35,328 nucleotides of DNA from a virus. The notes under the pieces are model-generated. The model did not search any database. It saw nothing but the letters and a program-made list of their open reading frames with translations, and was not told where the DNA came from. The position numbers were made by a program, and so were the translations under genes. Position 1 is the first letter of the stretch. Every line of letters begins with the position of its first letter. Shown here piece after piece: positions 1 to 9,513 of the stretch. The stretch is taken from IMG/VR virus record IMGVR_UViG_2802429215_000001, positions 1 through 35,328 of that record. The stretch is one strand, 5' to 3'.

Positions 1-99
1 CCTATCATTCAAGCAGTTGTAAATGTGTTCTCGTCAATGCAACCAGTTTTAAGTACAGTCGCTGAAAAAGCAGGTTTTGTTGTCGGAATGTTTACGAAC
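1..99. repeat. Terminal overlap copy 1 (identical to 35230..35328)
   Basis: Read directly: cctatcattcaagcagttgt...ggaatgtttacgaac is present at both window ends. Confidence 0.95.
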
Positions 100-966
100 G
101 TTGGTGCAGTTGCTTCAGCTATGTCAGCAGAAGGCTCGACGGCGTGGTCTGTTTTAAAAAGTGCTATTTCAAGTGCCTGGGACGGCATTAATGTTGCTAT
201 TAATTTCATCAAATCAGCTTTCACAAGTGCAGCAAACGTGGCAAAAGTTGTTAGCAGTGCCATTTCTGCGGTTTGGAACGGCGTTGGGAGTGTTATCAAA
301 TCAGTAGCTTCAGCAATTGGTGGTGCGATTAATACAGCCAAAGCCGTGTTCTCTTCATTTGGTAGTGGTGTTTCAGCTGTTTCAAGCTCGGTTAATGGCG
401 TTATCAACGGTGTCAAAAACACTTTCAATAGTTTGGCTCACATCAATCTTTCTGGTGCTGGTGCAGCAATCATGAACGGCTTTCTTGGTGGCTTGAAATC
501 GGCTTGGGGAGCAGTTCAAAGTTTTGTTGGAGGCATTGCTGATTGGATTAGAAAACACAAAGGGCCTATCAGCTATGACCGAGTGCTTTTAAGGCCTGCA
601 GGTCAAGCAATCATGCAAGGTTTAAACCAAGGACTGCAAGAGCAATTCAAAACAGTCCAATCAACGGTTTCTGGTATGGCTGGTGCAATCGCTGATGAAT
701 TTCAAGGAAATGTTTTGGCGGTTGATTTAGATCCAAACAAGCCAAATTATCCGATGCCGATGGCACCGACAGCATTTGCAGTTCCATCAGCTAGCTTTGA
801 TGATAGTCAAGCAATGGCTATGATTGATAGGCTTGCAAATCGGCCTGTTGAACTACACATTGAGGTCGATAAAGAAAGTGTTGTAAAAATCTTAGCGAAA
901 CCAATTTCGGACGAACAAAAGTCAATGGATGCAATCATAGATGCAGTTTATGGGAGGGGGTGGTAG
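1..966 (+). CDS. Tail tape measure protein, C-terminal part (5' partial in this linearisation; continues from 33820..35328)
   Basis: Open frame from base 1 to the stop at 966. Gly/Ala/Ser/Val-rich helical repeats typical of tape measure proteins. In frame with the ORF that runs off the 3' end of the window. Position is immediately upstream of Dit. Confidence 0.85.
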   Translation, partial: PIIQAVVNVFSSMQPVLSTVAEKAGFVVGMFTNVGAVASAMSAEGSTAWSVLKSAISSAWDGINVAINFIKSAFTSAANVAKVVSSAISAVWNGVGSVIKSVASAIGGAINTAKAVFSSFGSGVSAVSSSVNGVINGVKNTFNSLAHINLSGAGAAIMNGFLGGLKSAWGAVQSFVGGIADWIRKHKGPISYDRVLLRPAGQAIMQGLNQGLQEQFKTVQSTVSGMAGAIADEFQGNVLAVDLDPNKPNYPMPMAPTAFAVPSASFDDSQAMAMIDRLANRPVELHIEVDKESVVKILAKPISDEQKSMDAIIDAVYGRGW

Positions 967-969
967 CCT

Positions 970-2466
970 TTGGTAAAAGTGACTTTTAATGGTGTAGAAC
1001 TTACACAGTATATTACAGTTCTGGAAGGATTCAGCTTATGGGAAGGCGCTGATTTTGACCCTCAAATTACGGAAAATACAATTTTAAGTGGTTCTGAATT
1101 CAGCTATACTCGTAGAAAACATAAAACGATATCAATACCATTTTATGTTGAATACGAAAGCAGCGAAGGTTATGATTTCCTTCAATCTGCTCTTAATGTT
1201 AAAAAACCTAAGGAGTTAACATTTGACATTTATCCTAATCGTGTATTCTATGCGATACCAAGTGGCGATTTGAACTTCAACGAGTACAGATTGAATGGTA
1301 AAGGAACGATTAAATTTATCATTCCAGACGGTCTTGCTCACTCAACTTATACTAGAACGTTTGAGTTTACCAAAAACGACTTCGGCGTATACGAAGCTGA
1401 GATTGCCAACGACGGCAGCGAGGACGCATATGTCAACTACGAAATCAAACTCAAAAAAGAGTCTGGCTATGTGGCTGTCACAAGCCCTTATGGTTTGCTG
1501 CAGTTTGGTAAATACGATGAAGAGGACGGTTATATCGACCGTAAGAACGTCGTGGTAACTAGCAATCAAAAAGGCGACTTTGCCAATTGGACAGACGGAA
1601 CTGTTTTCTACGAAAACACAAACAAAATCGTAACAACACAAATGTCGTCAGACGCAGCATTTGGCGGACGCTTGGGCGTCATGCCACCAAGCTTCCCAAC
1701 AAGCGGAACAGCTGGGGCTTTCAGCTATGGTGCTTGCAAAGAGTACGTGCTAGAAATGCCAGTCGAGCAATGGTATATCTGGGCAAGGGCTTGGTTCGAA
1801 ACTGGTCTAGTTACTCAAAACGGTGAATGGTGTCTTGCGGTAATTGACGAAGATAACCATTTATTGGCAGGTATGGCAATTGAAAAGAACGACCGTACAC
1901 GTAATGAAGCTTACGTGCGCTTTTTGGTTGGCGACGGCAATGGCGGAAGTATCGTCAAGGAAGGTATCAAATTCACGCCGTCATATTGGATACCACCCAA
2001 CCCGTACGGTGCCCAAGCTATTGACCGCAATTCGAACATGTTTGACCTTGTCAAAGAAAAAGACCGTGTGCAGTTCTTTTGGTACGGTGGATACTATCCA
2101 TTTCCTGCAAGTCAACTTAATGGCAAGAAAGCGAAACGTATCCAGTTTTACGTCGGAAACTATGCAGGATCAAACAGTACGACAGAGCAGTTCGTGACAC
2201 ATCATTATCTAAATGATTTTATTTTCCAAGAGTTACATGTTCCTTATTGGAAAGACGTTCCAAACCGCTATCCAGACGGTTCTGTGATTGAAATTGACGG
2301 CAAAAAGGGCGAATTTAAAGTCAACAATCAAGTCAGGAAAGATGATGAAATTTTAGGCACAATGTACTTTAAAGTTCCGCCAGGAAAAACAAAAGTTCAG
2401 CTTAACATGTCAAGCTTCGCTGAATTAGATTATGCCAAAGCTACGATTGAGGAGGTATATATTTGA
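970..2466 (+). CDS. Distal tail protein (Dit), enlarged form with an internal insertion
   Basis: TTG start. The N-terminus MVKVTFNGVELTQYITVLEGF is typical of siphovirus tail-component (Dit) proteins. The gene sits between the tape measure and Tal genes. At 498 aa it is much longer than classical Dit proteins. Confidence 0.75.
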   Translation: MVKVTFNGVELTQYITVLEGFSLWEGADFDPQITENTILSGSEFSYTRRKHKTISIPFYVEYESSEGYDFLQSALNVKKPKELTFDIYPNRVFYAIPSGDLNFNEYRLNGKGTIKFIIPDGLAHSTYTRTFEFTKNDFGVYEAEIANDGSEDAYVNYEIKLKKESGYVAVTSPYGLLQFGKYDEEDGYIDRKNVVVTSNQKGDFANWTDGTVFYENTNKIVTTQMSSDAAFGGRLGVMPPSFPTSGTAGAFSYGACKEYVLEMPVEQWYIWARAWFETGLVTQNGEWCLAVIDEDNHLLAGMAIEKNDRTRNEAYVRFLVGDGNGGSIVKEGIKFTPSYWIPPNPYGAQAIDRNSNMFDLVKEKDRVQFFWYGGYYPFPASQLNGKKAKRIQFYVGNYAGSNSTTEQFVTHHYLNDFIFQELHVPYWKDVPNRYPDGSVIEIDGKKGEFKVNNQVRKDDEILGTMYFKVPPGKTKVQLNMSSFAELDYAKATIEEVYI

Positions 2467-5400
2467 TGAGTGTTGCTGAAATTCGACGTGAAACGTTTTA
2501 TAAGCTAACGAATAGCGCAGACGTGCCAGAAGTTCCGAGTGGAAATAGGAACTTATACGCAATTTCAAAAAATAGCGGAACATACACTAGTGGTGTTAGC
2601 GAATTTGTTCAAAATATTGAAACAGGCGAAATAAGCTGGAAAACAGCGAGTGTAAGCGATTCGCAATTTGGTGGGTTTACAGCAACAATTGGAACGACCT
2701 ACAGAAACGTTTATGGTATCAAAATTCCAGTCGTGCAAGGCAAAGACATACTGGTTAGCCTGACAGATGACCGCTTGATTAAAAACTATGTCATGTTTTG
2801 GGGTGAAGATAACACTCTCGTTAAAAAAACAATAAAATATACGACTAACCATTTTAAAGTTCAAGCTAACCAGCTCGAAAATGTAAGCTACTTGACGTTT
2901 AGGATTGGCGTCAAAGAAAACACGCAAGAAATTGGTACTTTGATTAAGACCAAAATTAAAGTTGAATATGGCAATGTGTACACCGACTGGACGCCAGCGC
3001 CTGAAGACTTCTGGTCAACAACCGCGCTCGTACCAACGCAGGAAGAACCTTACTTGTGGAAATTTGAATATATATACTATTCAGACGGCAGTGTTGAAGT
3101 TACACAGCCAGTCAATTTAACAAAACAGAATGCTCAAAGAACATCTCGAGACACAATTCATAATGTACGCATTGCGGTTCGTGATTCGACTGACAGTCAT
3201 AATGTAGCTTTCTTTGATAATATTTCTGGCATTCGTTACCAAAGTGCTAATTTACAGCGATTCTTGGCTGGCTCGGCTAGCATTTTGACGATTGAGTACA
3301 ATTCGAAAGACATTGACACGATTAGAACTGGCTGTAAGCTTGCTTTTATCTACAAGCAGCGCGCTTACTGGTTGAATATCATGGGCTTGAACAAGAAAGG
3401 CTACAAGGTTGAAATCACAGCTTACTCGCTCGGTCTAGAGCTTAACCAAGAGGAGCGAGGCGCACACAAGCCAGCTAATGCAATGAGTTTTGCTGAATAT
3501 TTGGCTTATTACGACCCAGAGCATGCTTTGGAAATAGGCGTTAACGAAGTGGCAGACAAACGTATCAAATTGGAGTGGACGGGCACAGACACGATTCTGG
3601 CGCGTCTTTTTTCAATTGCAAACAGCTTTGATGCCGAACTTGAATTTACTGTCGAGCTAAATCAAGATTATTCGTTAAAACGTCAAGTTTTAAATATCTA
3701 CAAGAAAGGCAATCTTGGTTCTAATCGCGTAGCTAGTCCAATTCGTGTTGGACGTGGCTTGAAAGTTATCAATTACAGCGACAACTTGAAAGAATTGCGC
3801 ACTGCAGTACGTGCTACTGGTAAGGACGGATTGACCATCGACGGACTGAACAAGAAAGTCTACGATGATGACGGCAATCTGCTTTACTATTCAAATGGCA
3901 TGACTGTATATGCGCCTCAGAGCCGTGATAAATATCCGTCAGTCGGCAAGAAGTCGAACGATAACTGGATTATTAAAGAACTCGGAGAGACCGAATACAG
4001 CACTAAAGAAGCACTTTGGGGCTACATGCTCGGAGAACTCAAAAAGATTTGTGTTCCAGAAATTACATACGACATCGAAGGTGCTGTCGATGGCGATGTT
4101 GGAGACACACGTACATTAATCGATGACGTGCATTACGACCCGCCTCTGTATGTTCAAGGGCGCATTTCAGAGCTGACAGAGGATTTAATCACTGGCAAAG
4201 TTACGAAGTCAACGCTTACGAATTTTGAACGTAAGTACTCGCAAGTCGCTAGCGAATTACTAAAACAAGTTGAACAGCTAGCAAATGACGCAGCACCTTA
4301 CATTGTTCGCTTATCAACTGATAATGGCTACAATTTTAAAAACGGGAAAGGCACGAGCACAATCACAGCTAAACTTGAGAAGTATGGCAAAATTGTAAAC
4401 GCAAATTGGAAGTGGCTAATTAATAACAACATCGTTAGCGATAATAACAGCGTCACAATCAACGCTAGTCAAGTTATTGGCACACTAAACGTCGTAGCTA
4501 TTGCAACCGTTGACGGTAACGAGTTAGCTCGTGAATACATCACTTTTACCAATTCTGACGATGGTGTTGGCATTAAATCAATCAAACGTTATTACACGAC
4601 TAACGACCAAGCAGAGGGTGTCACGGCAGGCGGTCAAAACTGGTCTACTAAACCAACGACTGTAACAGCAGACAAAAACTATATGTGGTCGTATGACGTC
4701 ATCACGTACACGAATGACACAAGTTTAGTTACTGAACCAGCTGTCATTGGAGCTAGAGGAAATGACGGTTTAGACGCAGACACGACAGGTGTCACAGAAG
4801 CACTTGACAAAGCTAAGCAAGAGTTGACTGCTTTATCAGCGAATATCGAAAAAGTGCGAGATGATTCGCTTGCAGCAGTCGAAGAAGCCAAACAGCAACT
4901 CACTACTGTAGCTAATGACTTGGGCACCGCTAAGCAAGATTTGCAAACGCAAGCTAGCCAACTAAAAGTACAAGCTAGCGCACAGTCAGAATTGACTAAA
5001 CGTGTAAGTAGCGTTGAAGAAACTGCTAATGGCACGAAGACGACTGTTAGCGAATTAAGTAAGACAGTAGAACAAAACAGCAAAGACATTACAAGTGTTA
5101 CTGCACGAACTAAGACAGTTGAAGATGACCTGACAAGCACTAAAACGACTTTGTTACAAGTGCAGACGACAGCTAACAGCGCAAGTCAAAAAGCGGCAAC
5201 ACTTGAAACTGGTTTGGACGGTGTCAAGGCTGATTTAGCTGCAACTACAGCAACTGCCGACACGACTAAAACAAATCTCGCTAACTACCAAGCGTCAATT
5301 GACCAAGCAGTGGCTAGTCTGCAAAGCAGTTTACAAACTACAGACGGCAATGTAAGCAGTCTACAAACGCAAATCAATGCAGTACCTGGACAAATCACTA

Positions 5401-7202
5401 GCGCAGTTAGTGCGGTCGAAGGCAAGATTCCGACGGAAATTGGCGGACGAAATTTATACGCATTATCACGAAATGCAAGTGTATATACACGATATATCAC
5501 CGAATTTGTCCAAAATGTTGAAACTGGTGAAATTAGTTTCAAAGTTGCTGGAACTGACCCGTTCTTTGGAATACATACTTACGCAGGAAATGCTTACGAC
5601 GTTAGTCGAGGAGTTAAAATTCCTGTCAAGGTCGGTCAAGACATAGCTGTTAAATTAACCAACGAATTGTTTGCCAAAAACTTCGTAAGCTATTTTGGCG
5701 CAGACGATAAAGCTGTTAAAGGCTTTAAAAATTATAAGACGAACAAGTTCGTAATTCCAGCTGACGACCTTGAAGGTGTTTCATATGTAACTTTCCGTTT
5801 TGGAATCAACGAGGGAACGCAGGAAATTGGCAGCGTACACTCAACAAAAGTTAAAGTTGAATATGGCAATGTGTACACCGACTGGTCACCAGCACCCGAA
5901 GACACAGCAAGCCAAATTAGCTCGCTATCTAGTCGAATTCAGCAGACTGCTGACGGCATGACGTTGTTGGCGACTAAAACAGAGTTGAATAGTGCTAAAA
6001 CCGACTTGCAAGCTGGCATTTCGACAGCGACAAGCAAAGCTGATAACGCACAAAGCACTGCTAACAGCAACGCGCAAACAATCAGCACACACACGACTCA
6101 AATCAGTGCATTGAATACAGGCCTGCAAGCCAAGGTTTCGCAATCTGATTTTGATTCGCTAAGTGGTGACGTTGATGATTTATCAAGTGAGCTTACTCAA
6201 ACAGCAAGTTCAATCACTGCGAGCGTGTCAAGTGTAGAGACCAAAGCAGATAATGCACAAACGACTGCAAACAGCGCCGTCTCAAAAGCTAACGCGGCAC
6301 AAACAGCAGTCAATACGCTAGACAGCGAAGTCGTCAAATCAGCAAGCTTGAATCTTGATAACAACGGCTTTGTGACAAAAGTAGGCAAAACCATCGACGG
6401 CAATAAATTTGCAACAATGATTGCTCAGAACGCTAACAACGTCAAAATCATCGCTGATGAAATGCAGGTGACAGCTGACATGATTGTTGATGGCGCAGTC
6501 ACAGCTAACAAGCTAAACGTAAACAATTTGTCTGCCGTCAATTCAAACCTTGGTAAAATCGAAGGCGGTTCGCTCTTACTCCAAGAAAACAAGACTGCGA
6601 GCAGCTCAGTTGACAACTGGGGCACGTTCAACCGTCCAGCGCATAAGCAAGGCCTATATATGGACAATCATGGATTAGCTTCATCTGGCGCGATTCAGCG
6701 AAAAAACGGCAGCGAAACAACGCCAACGGATATGCCCTTGGCAGTTCTACAATCTGGTGAACTACGTTTCCTAGTCGTTGATTACAACGATAATCTCGAG
6801 AACGTCCTACACTATGGTCTGTCTGACCCAGACTACGGCGCAATCCGTTTTGAGATTGACAGCGAGTTAAAACGTCGTTTGACCATGACGTCATCAGGCT
6901 ATCTAAACTTCCAAGCGACTAACTACACGAACTGGCAATCAACAGGTGTCAGTGGATGTGAGTATATGATTCAAGGGCGTTTGGTACTGGTTAACTACGA
7001 CGTGACATTTAGTAGCGCTGGAACGCATACGATTGGAAGTGTGCCGCAAGAATTTGTGAGAAAATCACTCATGCTTACCGCCAAAGGCTGGAGCGTTATA
7101 CCTCGAGACAAGAACGCGCAGCTTAATCCAGACGGTAGCTTGCATATTCTGGACGCAGAAGCTAACGTCAACTACCGTGGCACATTAGTATTTAGTTATT
7201 AA
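2463..7202 (+). CDS. Tail-associated (Tal-type minor structural) protein fused to a fibre/receptor-binding region; two CBM-like modules and two coiled-coil tracts
   Basis: 1579-aa ORF directly after Dit. A central region resembles the phage minor structural protein N-terminal (Tal) domain. There are long Ala/Thr/Gln/Ser heptad-like tracts. An alternative ATG start lies at 2466. GGAGG at 2451-2455. Confidence 0.8.
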   Translation: MMSVAEIRRETFYKLTNSADVPEVPSGNRNLYAISKNSGTYTSGVSEFVQNIETGEISWKTASVSDSQFGGFTATIGTTYRNVYGIKIPVVQGKDILVSLTDDRLIKNYVMFWGEDNTLVKKTIKYTTNHFKVQANQLENVSYLTFRIGVKENTQEIGTLIKTKIKVEYGNVYTDWTPAPEDFWSTTALVPTQEEPYLWKFEYIYYSDGSVEVTQPVNLTKQNAQRTSRDTIHNVRIAVRDSTDSHNVAFFDNISGIRYQSANLQRFLAGSASILTIEYNSKDIDTIRTGCKLAFIYKQRAYWLNIMGLNKKGYKVEITAYSLGLELNQEERGAHKPANAMSFAEYLAYYDPEHALEIGVNEVADKRIKLEWTGTDTILARLFSIANSFDAELEFTVELNQDYSLKRQVLNIYKKGNLGSNRVASPIRVGRGLKVINYSDNLKELRTAVRATGKDGLTIDGLNKKVYDDDGNLLYYSNGMTVYAPQSRDKYPSVGKKSNDNWIIKELGETEYSTKEALWGYMLGELKKICVPEITYDIEGAVDGDVGDTRTLIDDVHYDPPLYVQGRISELTEDLITGKVTKSTLTNFERKYSQVASELLKQVEQLANDAAPYIVRLSTDNGYNFKNGKGTSTITAKLEKYGKIVNANWKWLINNNIVSDNNSVTINASQVIGTLNVVAIATVDGNELAREYITFTNSDDGVGIKSIKRYYTTNDQAEGVTAGGQNWSTKPTTVTADKNYMWSYDVITYTNDTSLVTEPAVIGARGNDGLDADTTGVTEALDKAKQELTALSANIEKVRDDSLAAVEEAKQQLTTVANDLGTAKQDLQTQASQLKVQASAQSELTKRVSSVEETANGTKTTVSELSKTVEQNSKDITSVTARTKTVEDDLTSTKTTLLQVQTTANSASQKAATLETGLDGVKADLAATTATADTTKTNLANYQASIDQAVASLQSSLQTTDGNVSSLQTQINAVPGQITSAVSAVEGKIPTEIGGRNLYALSRNASVYTRYITEFVQNVETGEISFKVAGTDPFFGIHTYAGNAYDVSRGVKIPVKVGQDIAVKLTNELFAKNFVSYFGADDKAVKGFKNYKTNKFVIPADDLEGVSYVTFRFGINEGTQEIGSVHSTKVKVEYGNVYTDWSPAPEDTASQISSLSSRIQQTADGMTLLATKTELNSAKTDLQAGISTATSKADNAQSTANSNAQTISTHTTQISALNTGLQAKVSQSDFDSLSGDVDDLSSELTQTASSITASVSSVETKADNAQTTANSAVSKANAAQTAVNTLDSEVVKSASLNLDNNGFVTKVGKTIDGNKFATMIAQNANNVKIIADEMQVTADMIVDGAVTANKLNVNNLSAVNSNLGKIEGGSLLLQENKTASSSVDNWGTFNRPAHKQGLYMDNHGLASSGAIQRKNGSETTPTDMPLAVLQSGELRFLVVDYNDNLENVLHYGLSDPDYGAIRFEIDSELKRRLTMTSSGYLNFQATNYTNWQSTGVSGCEYMIQGRLVLVNYDVTFSSAGTHTIGSVPQEFVRKSLMLTAKGWSVIPRDKNAQLNPDGSLHILDAEANVNYRGTLVFSY
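2541..3008 (+). repeat. CBM-like module A inside the Tal gene (paralogous to 5445..5903)
   Basis: Protein-level duplication: NRNLYAISKN...VEYGNVYTDWTPAPED versus GRNLYALSRN...VEYGNVYTDWSPAPED. Contains a 35-nt block (2956-2990) identical to 5851-5885. Confidence 0.8.
5445..5903 (+). repeat. CBM-like module B inside the Tal gene (paralogous to 2541..3008)
   Basis: Same as module A. The identical 35-nt block is ttaaagttgaatatggcaatgtgtacaccgactgg at 5851-5885. Confidence 0.8.
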
Positions 7203-7225
7203 TTTTTTAAAAAGGAGAATATATT

Positions 7226-7561
7226 ATGGCAACAACAGAACTTATCAACGTAGACGAAATCACTCAACCTTTCGACTTAGCGCAAGCACTCACTTACATG
7301 AAAGAGAACGGTGAATACGTGCGCTATATTGCAGGAAATTACGACCTGTACATGCACATCGAGCACGAACGTAAGCCGGTCGTAATCAACGGCAAACGTC
7401 AATTTAAAGAGTTCAGCAAGGTCGTTGGTATTTCTAAATTCGGCGGTTCAATCCTTAGCCTTCCACTTGATGGATTCGCTGACGCTAAATGTTACATCAT
7501 GCAATTCGACGAAGATGGTAATCCGATTTGGGATTTGCCAGAAGAAACCACTGCTGAGTAA
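7226..7561 (+). CDS. Hypothetical protein between the tail and lysis modules
   Basis: ATG preceded by AAAGGAG. 111 aa. No motif recognised. Confidence 0.6.
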   Translation: MATTELINVDEITQPFDLAQALTYMKENGEYVRYIAGNYDLYMHIEHERKPVVINGKRQFKEFSKVVGISKFGGSILSLPLDGFADAKCYIMQFDEDGNPIWDLPEETTAE

Positions 7562-7586
7562 TCAGCTTAGGAAGTGAGAGGAGATT

Positions 7587-7811
7587 ATGCATGCCGAAAT
7601 TTTGACGGGAGTTTTCTCATTGATTGCGAGCTTGGTTGGCACGTTTGGCGGTATTATCACGAGCACTAAACTAACTAATTATCAAATCAATGAGCTGAAG
7701 AAGCAAGTCGATAAACACAACAGCGTCATTGAGCGCACGTTTAGGCTAGAGGAACATAGTCGCTACGTTGATGAACGCATTGCACGCTTGGAAAGCGAGG
7801 TTGAAAAATGA
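7587..7811 (+). CDS. Small membrane-anchored coiled-coil protein of the lysis cassette
   Basis: N-terminal hydrophobic segment (ILTGVFSLIASLVGTFGGIITS) followed by a charged helical tail. Its stop overlaps the holin start (ATGA). Confidence 0.55.
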   Translation: MHAEILTGVFSLIASLVGTFGGIITSTKLTNYQINELKKQVDKHNSVIERTFRLEEHSRYVDERIARLESEVEK

Positions 7812-8005
7812 AACGTTATTTTGAAAAATTAGGAATCAAGGTTTTGAAAACTATGGCGCAGTCAGCAGTTGGCGTCATCGGTGCTAGTACGTTAATTACA
7901 CAAGTTGACTGGAGAGTGGTTGTTTCAACCGCTCTTTTATCTGGCTTGGTTTGTGTTCTCACGAATTTGTCTGATTTGAAGGAGGAAGATGTCGATGAAG
8001 ATTAA
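7808..8005 (+). CDS. Holin (small, two transmembrane segments, acidic C-terminus)
   Basis: 65 aa. The pattern [14 protein letters not shown]...[25 protein letters not shown] resembles phi LC3/r1t-type holins. It lies immediately upstream of the endolysin and overlaps it. Confidence 0.8.
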   Translation: MKRYFEKLGIKVLKTMAQSAVGVIGASTLITQVDWRVVVSTALLSGLVCVLTNLSDLKEEDVDED

Positions 8006-9269
8006 ACGATTGTTAGCAGGTGCGCTTTTAAGCACCAGCTTATTATTGCAGTCTACAGCTTACGCGGCAGTTGGCGACCAAGGCGTCGACTGGTCACGTT
8101 ATCAAGGCCAAAACGGTATTTTTGGCTATGGCCATGATAAGTTTGCTATTTGTCAAATCGGTGGCGTGAATGGCGGCGGTATGTACGGTCAAACCACATA
8201 TGAAACACAAGTAGCGTCAGCAATTGCTCAAGGTAAACGCGCACATACTTACATTTGGTACCAAGTTGGCGGAAATGCAAGCCTTGGCGAGCAAGTGTTA
8301 AATACATTTTTGCCGCAAGTTCAAACGCCTAAAGGCTCAATTGTTGCCTTAGACTACGAAAGCGGCGCTAGTGCTGATAAACAGGCGAATACTAACGCAA
8401 TCTTGCATGGCATGCGCATGATTAAAGCGGCAGGTTATACGCCTATGTATTACAGCTACAAGCCTTACACAGTCGCTAATGTGTACGCGGACCAAATCAT
8501 TCGTGAGTTTCCGAACAGCTTGTGGATGGCTGCTTATCCAAATTACGCAGTAACACCAGCGCCAAATTATAACGTCTTTCCGTCAATGGACGGTGTAGCG
8601 ATTTACCAATTTACATCGACTTATATTGCAGGCGGTCTTGACGGTAATGTCGATTTGACTGGTATTACCGACAATGGCTATACTAAGCACGATAATCCTA
8701 AAACTAATACACCAGCTATCGCTCAAGGTCAACAAGCGGACAACACGCCAAAATCTGACATTGCTAACGGCAATCAAGTGAAAGTTAAATTTAGCGCTAA
8801 CAGCTGGGCTACTGGTCAAGGTATTCCAAACTGGGTTAAAGGTAGAACATACAGTGTAGCGCAAGTGTCTGGCAATCGTGTATTGCTAGCTGGCATTAAT
8901 TCGTGGATCAATAAGGCAGACGTTGAAATTATTTCAGTCTCATCTGCGCCAATTCAAGCACCAGCAACTAACACTTACACAGTACGTTCTGGCGACACAC
9001 TTTCTAGCATTGCTGCAAAATTTGGTACAAGCTATCAAGCGTTGGCTAGTCTCAATGGTATTGCTAATCCAAATCTTATCTACGTTGGACAAGTATTGCG
9101 TGTCAATGGTTCAGCAAGCACTGGTTCGGTTTACTACACCGTTCGCGCAGGCGATAACCTATCAGCTATCGCTAGTCGATATGGCACAAGCTACCAATCA
9201 ATTGCAGCGCTAAACGGTCTTGCTAATCCAAATTTGATTTATGCTGGTCAAACACTTAAAATTAAATAG
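7989..9269 (+). CDS. Endolysin: Sec-type signal peptide + GH25 muramidase + SH3-like spacer + two LysM repeats
   Basis: The N-terminus [28 protein letters not shown] is signal-peptide-like. The catalytic region aligns by eye with Cpl-1-type GH25 (LDYE...QANTNA...AGY.P.YYS.KP...FPNSLW...FPSMDG). Two LysM units are present ([13 protein letters not shown]..., [13 protein letters not shown]...). Confidence 0.9.
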   Translation: MSMKIKRLLAGALLSTSLLLQSTAYAAVGDQGVDWSRYQGQNGIFGYGHDKFAICQIGGVNGGGMYGQTTYETQVASAIAQGKRAHTYIWYQVGGNASLGEQVLNTFLPQVQTPKGSIVALDYESGASADKQANTNAILHGMRMIKAAGYTPMYYSYKPYTVANVYADQIIREFPNSLWMAAYPNYAVTPAPNYNVFPSMDGVAIYQFTSTYIAGGLDGNVDLTGITDNGYTKHDNPKTNTPAIAQGQQADNTPKSDIANGNQVKVKFSANSWATGQGIPNWVKGRTYSVAQVSGNRVLLAGINSWINKADVEIISVSSAPIQAPATNTYTVRSGDTLSSIAAKFGTSYQALASLNGIANPNLIYVGQVLRVNGSASTGSVYYTVRAGDNLSAIASRYGTSYQSIAALNGLANPNLIYAGQTLKIK

Positions 9270-9280
9270 ACACTTTAACA

Positions 9281-9313
9281 CCCCTAGTCTTTAATGGTTA
9301 GGGGCTTTTTTTT
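9281..9313 (+). terminator. Rho-independent terminator after the endolysin
   Basis: Stem CCCCTA/TAGGGG followed by an 8-T run. Confidence 0.7.
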
Positions 9314-9367
9314 GGTATAATAAAATCATGAAACAAGACTTGACTCTTGGCTCGTAACCGAGTTTAC

Positions 9368-9397
9368 GCCCAGTGTTAACGCGCTGGGTCTTTTTTT
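9368..9397 (+). terminator. Second rho-independent terminator
   Basis: Stem (G)CCCAG/CTGGG(T), 10-nt loop, then TCTTTTTTT. Confidence 0.6.
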
Positions 9398-9445
9398 ATG
9401 CGCAGAAAAAATTTAAAAAAACACAAAAATATTTGTAGAAAAGTG

Positions 9446-9474
9446 TTGACAGTATGTAGTATATATACTATAAT
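9446..9474 (+). promoter_or_regulatory. Consensus sigma-A type promoter (TTGACA-17-TATAAT) with an embedded 14-nt palindrome TAGTATATATACTA (9457-9470)
   Basis: Perfect -35 and -10 hexamers with a 17-nt spacer. A perfect palindrome spans the spacer and the -10 element. Confidence 0.8.
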
Positions 9475-9507
9475 ATACTTGTAAGATAAATAAAGACGAA
9501 AGAGGTA
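9446..9507 (+). repeat. 62-bp promoter/leader cassette, copy 1 (identical to 10061..10122)
   Basis: ttgacagtatgtagtatatatactataatatacttgtaagataaataaagacgaaagaggta is read identically at both sites. Confidence 0.95.
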
Positions 9508-9513
9508 AACAAA

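Noticed and set aside
9-428. 139-aa minus-strand ORF
   Set aside because: It lies entirely antisense to the tape measure ORF, which is continuous across the circular junction. It has no RBS and a low-complexity composition that mirrors the sense frame.
1295-2197. Several nested or antisense ORFs inside the Dit gene (1295-1558, 1342-1641, 1587-1826, 1844-2197)
   Set aside because: All are embedded in the 498-aa Dit frame, whose product has recognisable tail-protein features. None has an RBS.
2541-5903. Diversity-generating retroelement (template/variable repeat pair) as the explanation for the duplicated Tal modules
   Set aside because: No reverse transcriptase gene exists in the genome. The two copies differ throughout, including by indels, rather than at adenine-specific positions.
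2565-6894. Antisense and off-frame ORFs inside the Tal gene (for example 2565-2927, 4679-5140, 5285-5542, 5925-6143, 6197-6403, 6425-6667, 6628-6894)
   Set aside because: They are by-products of the long Ala/Thr/Ser-rich repetitive coding frame. They have no translation signals and Cys/Leu/Ser-rich nonsense-like products.
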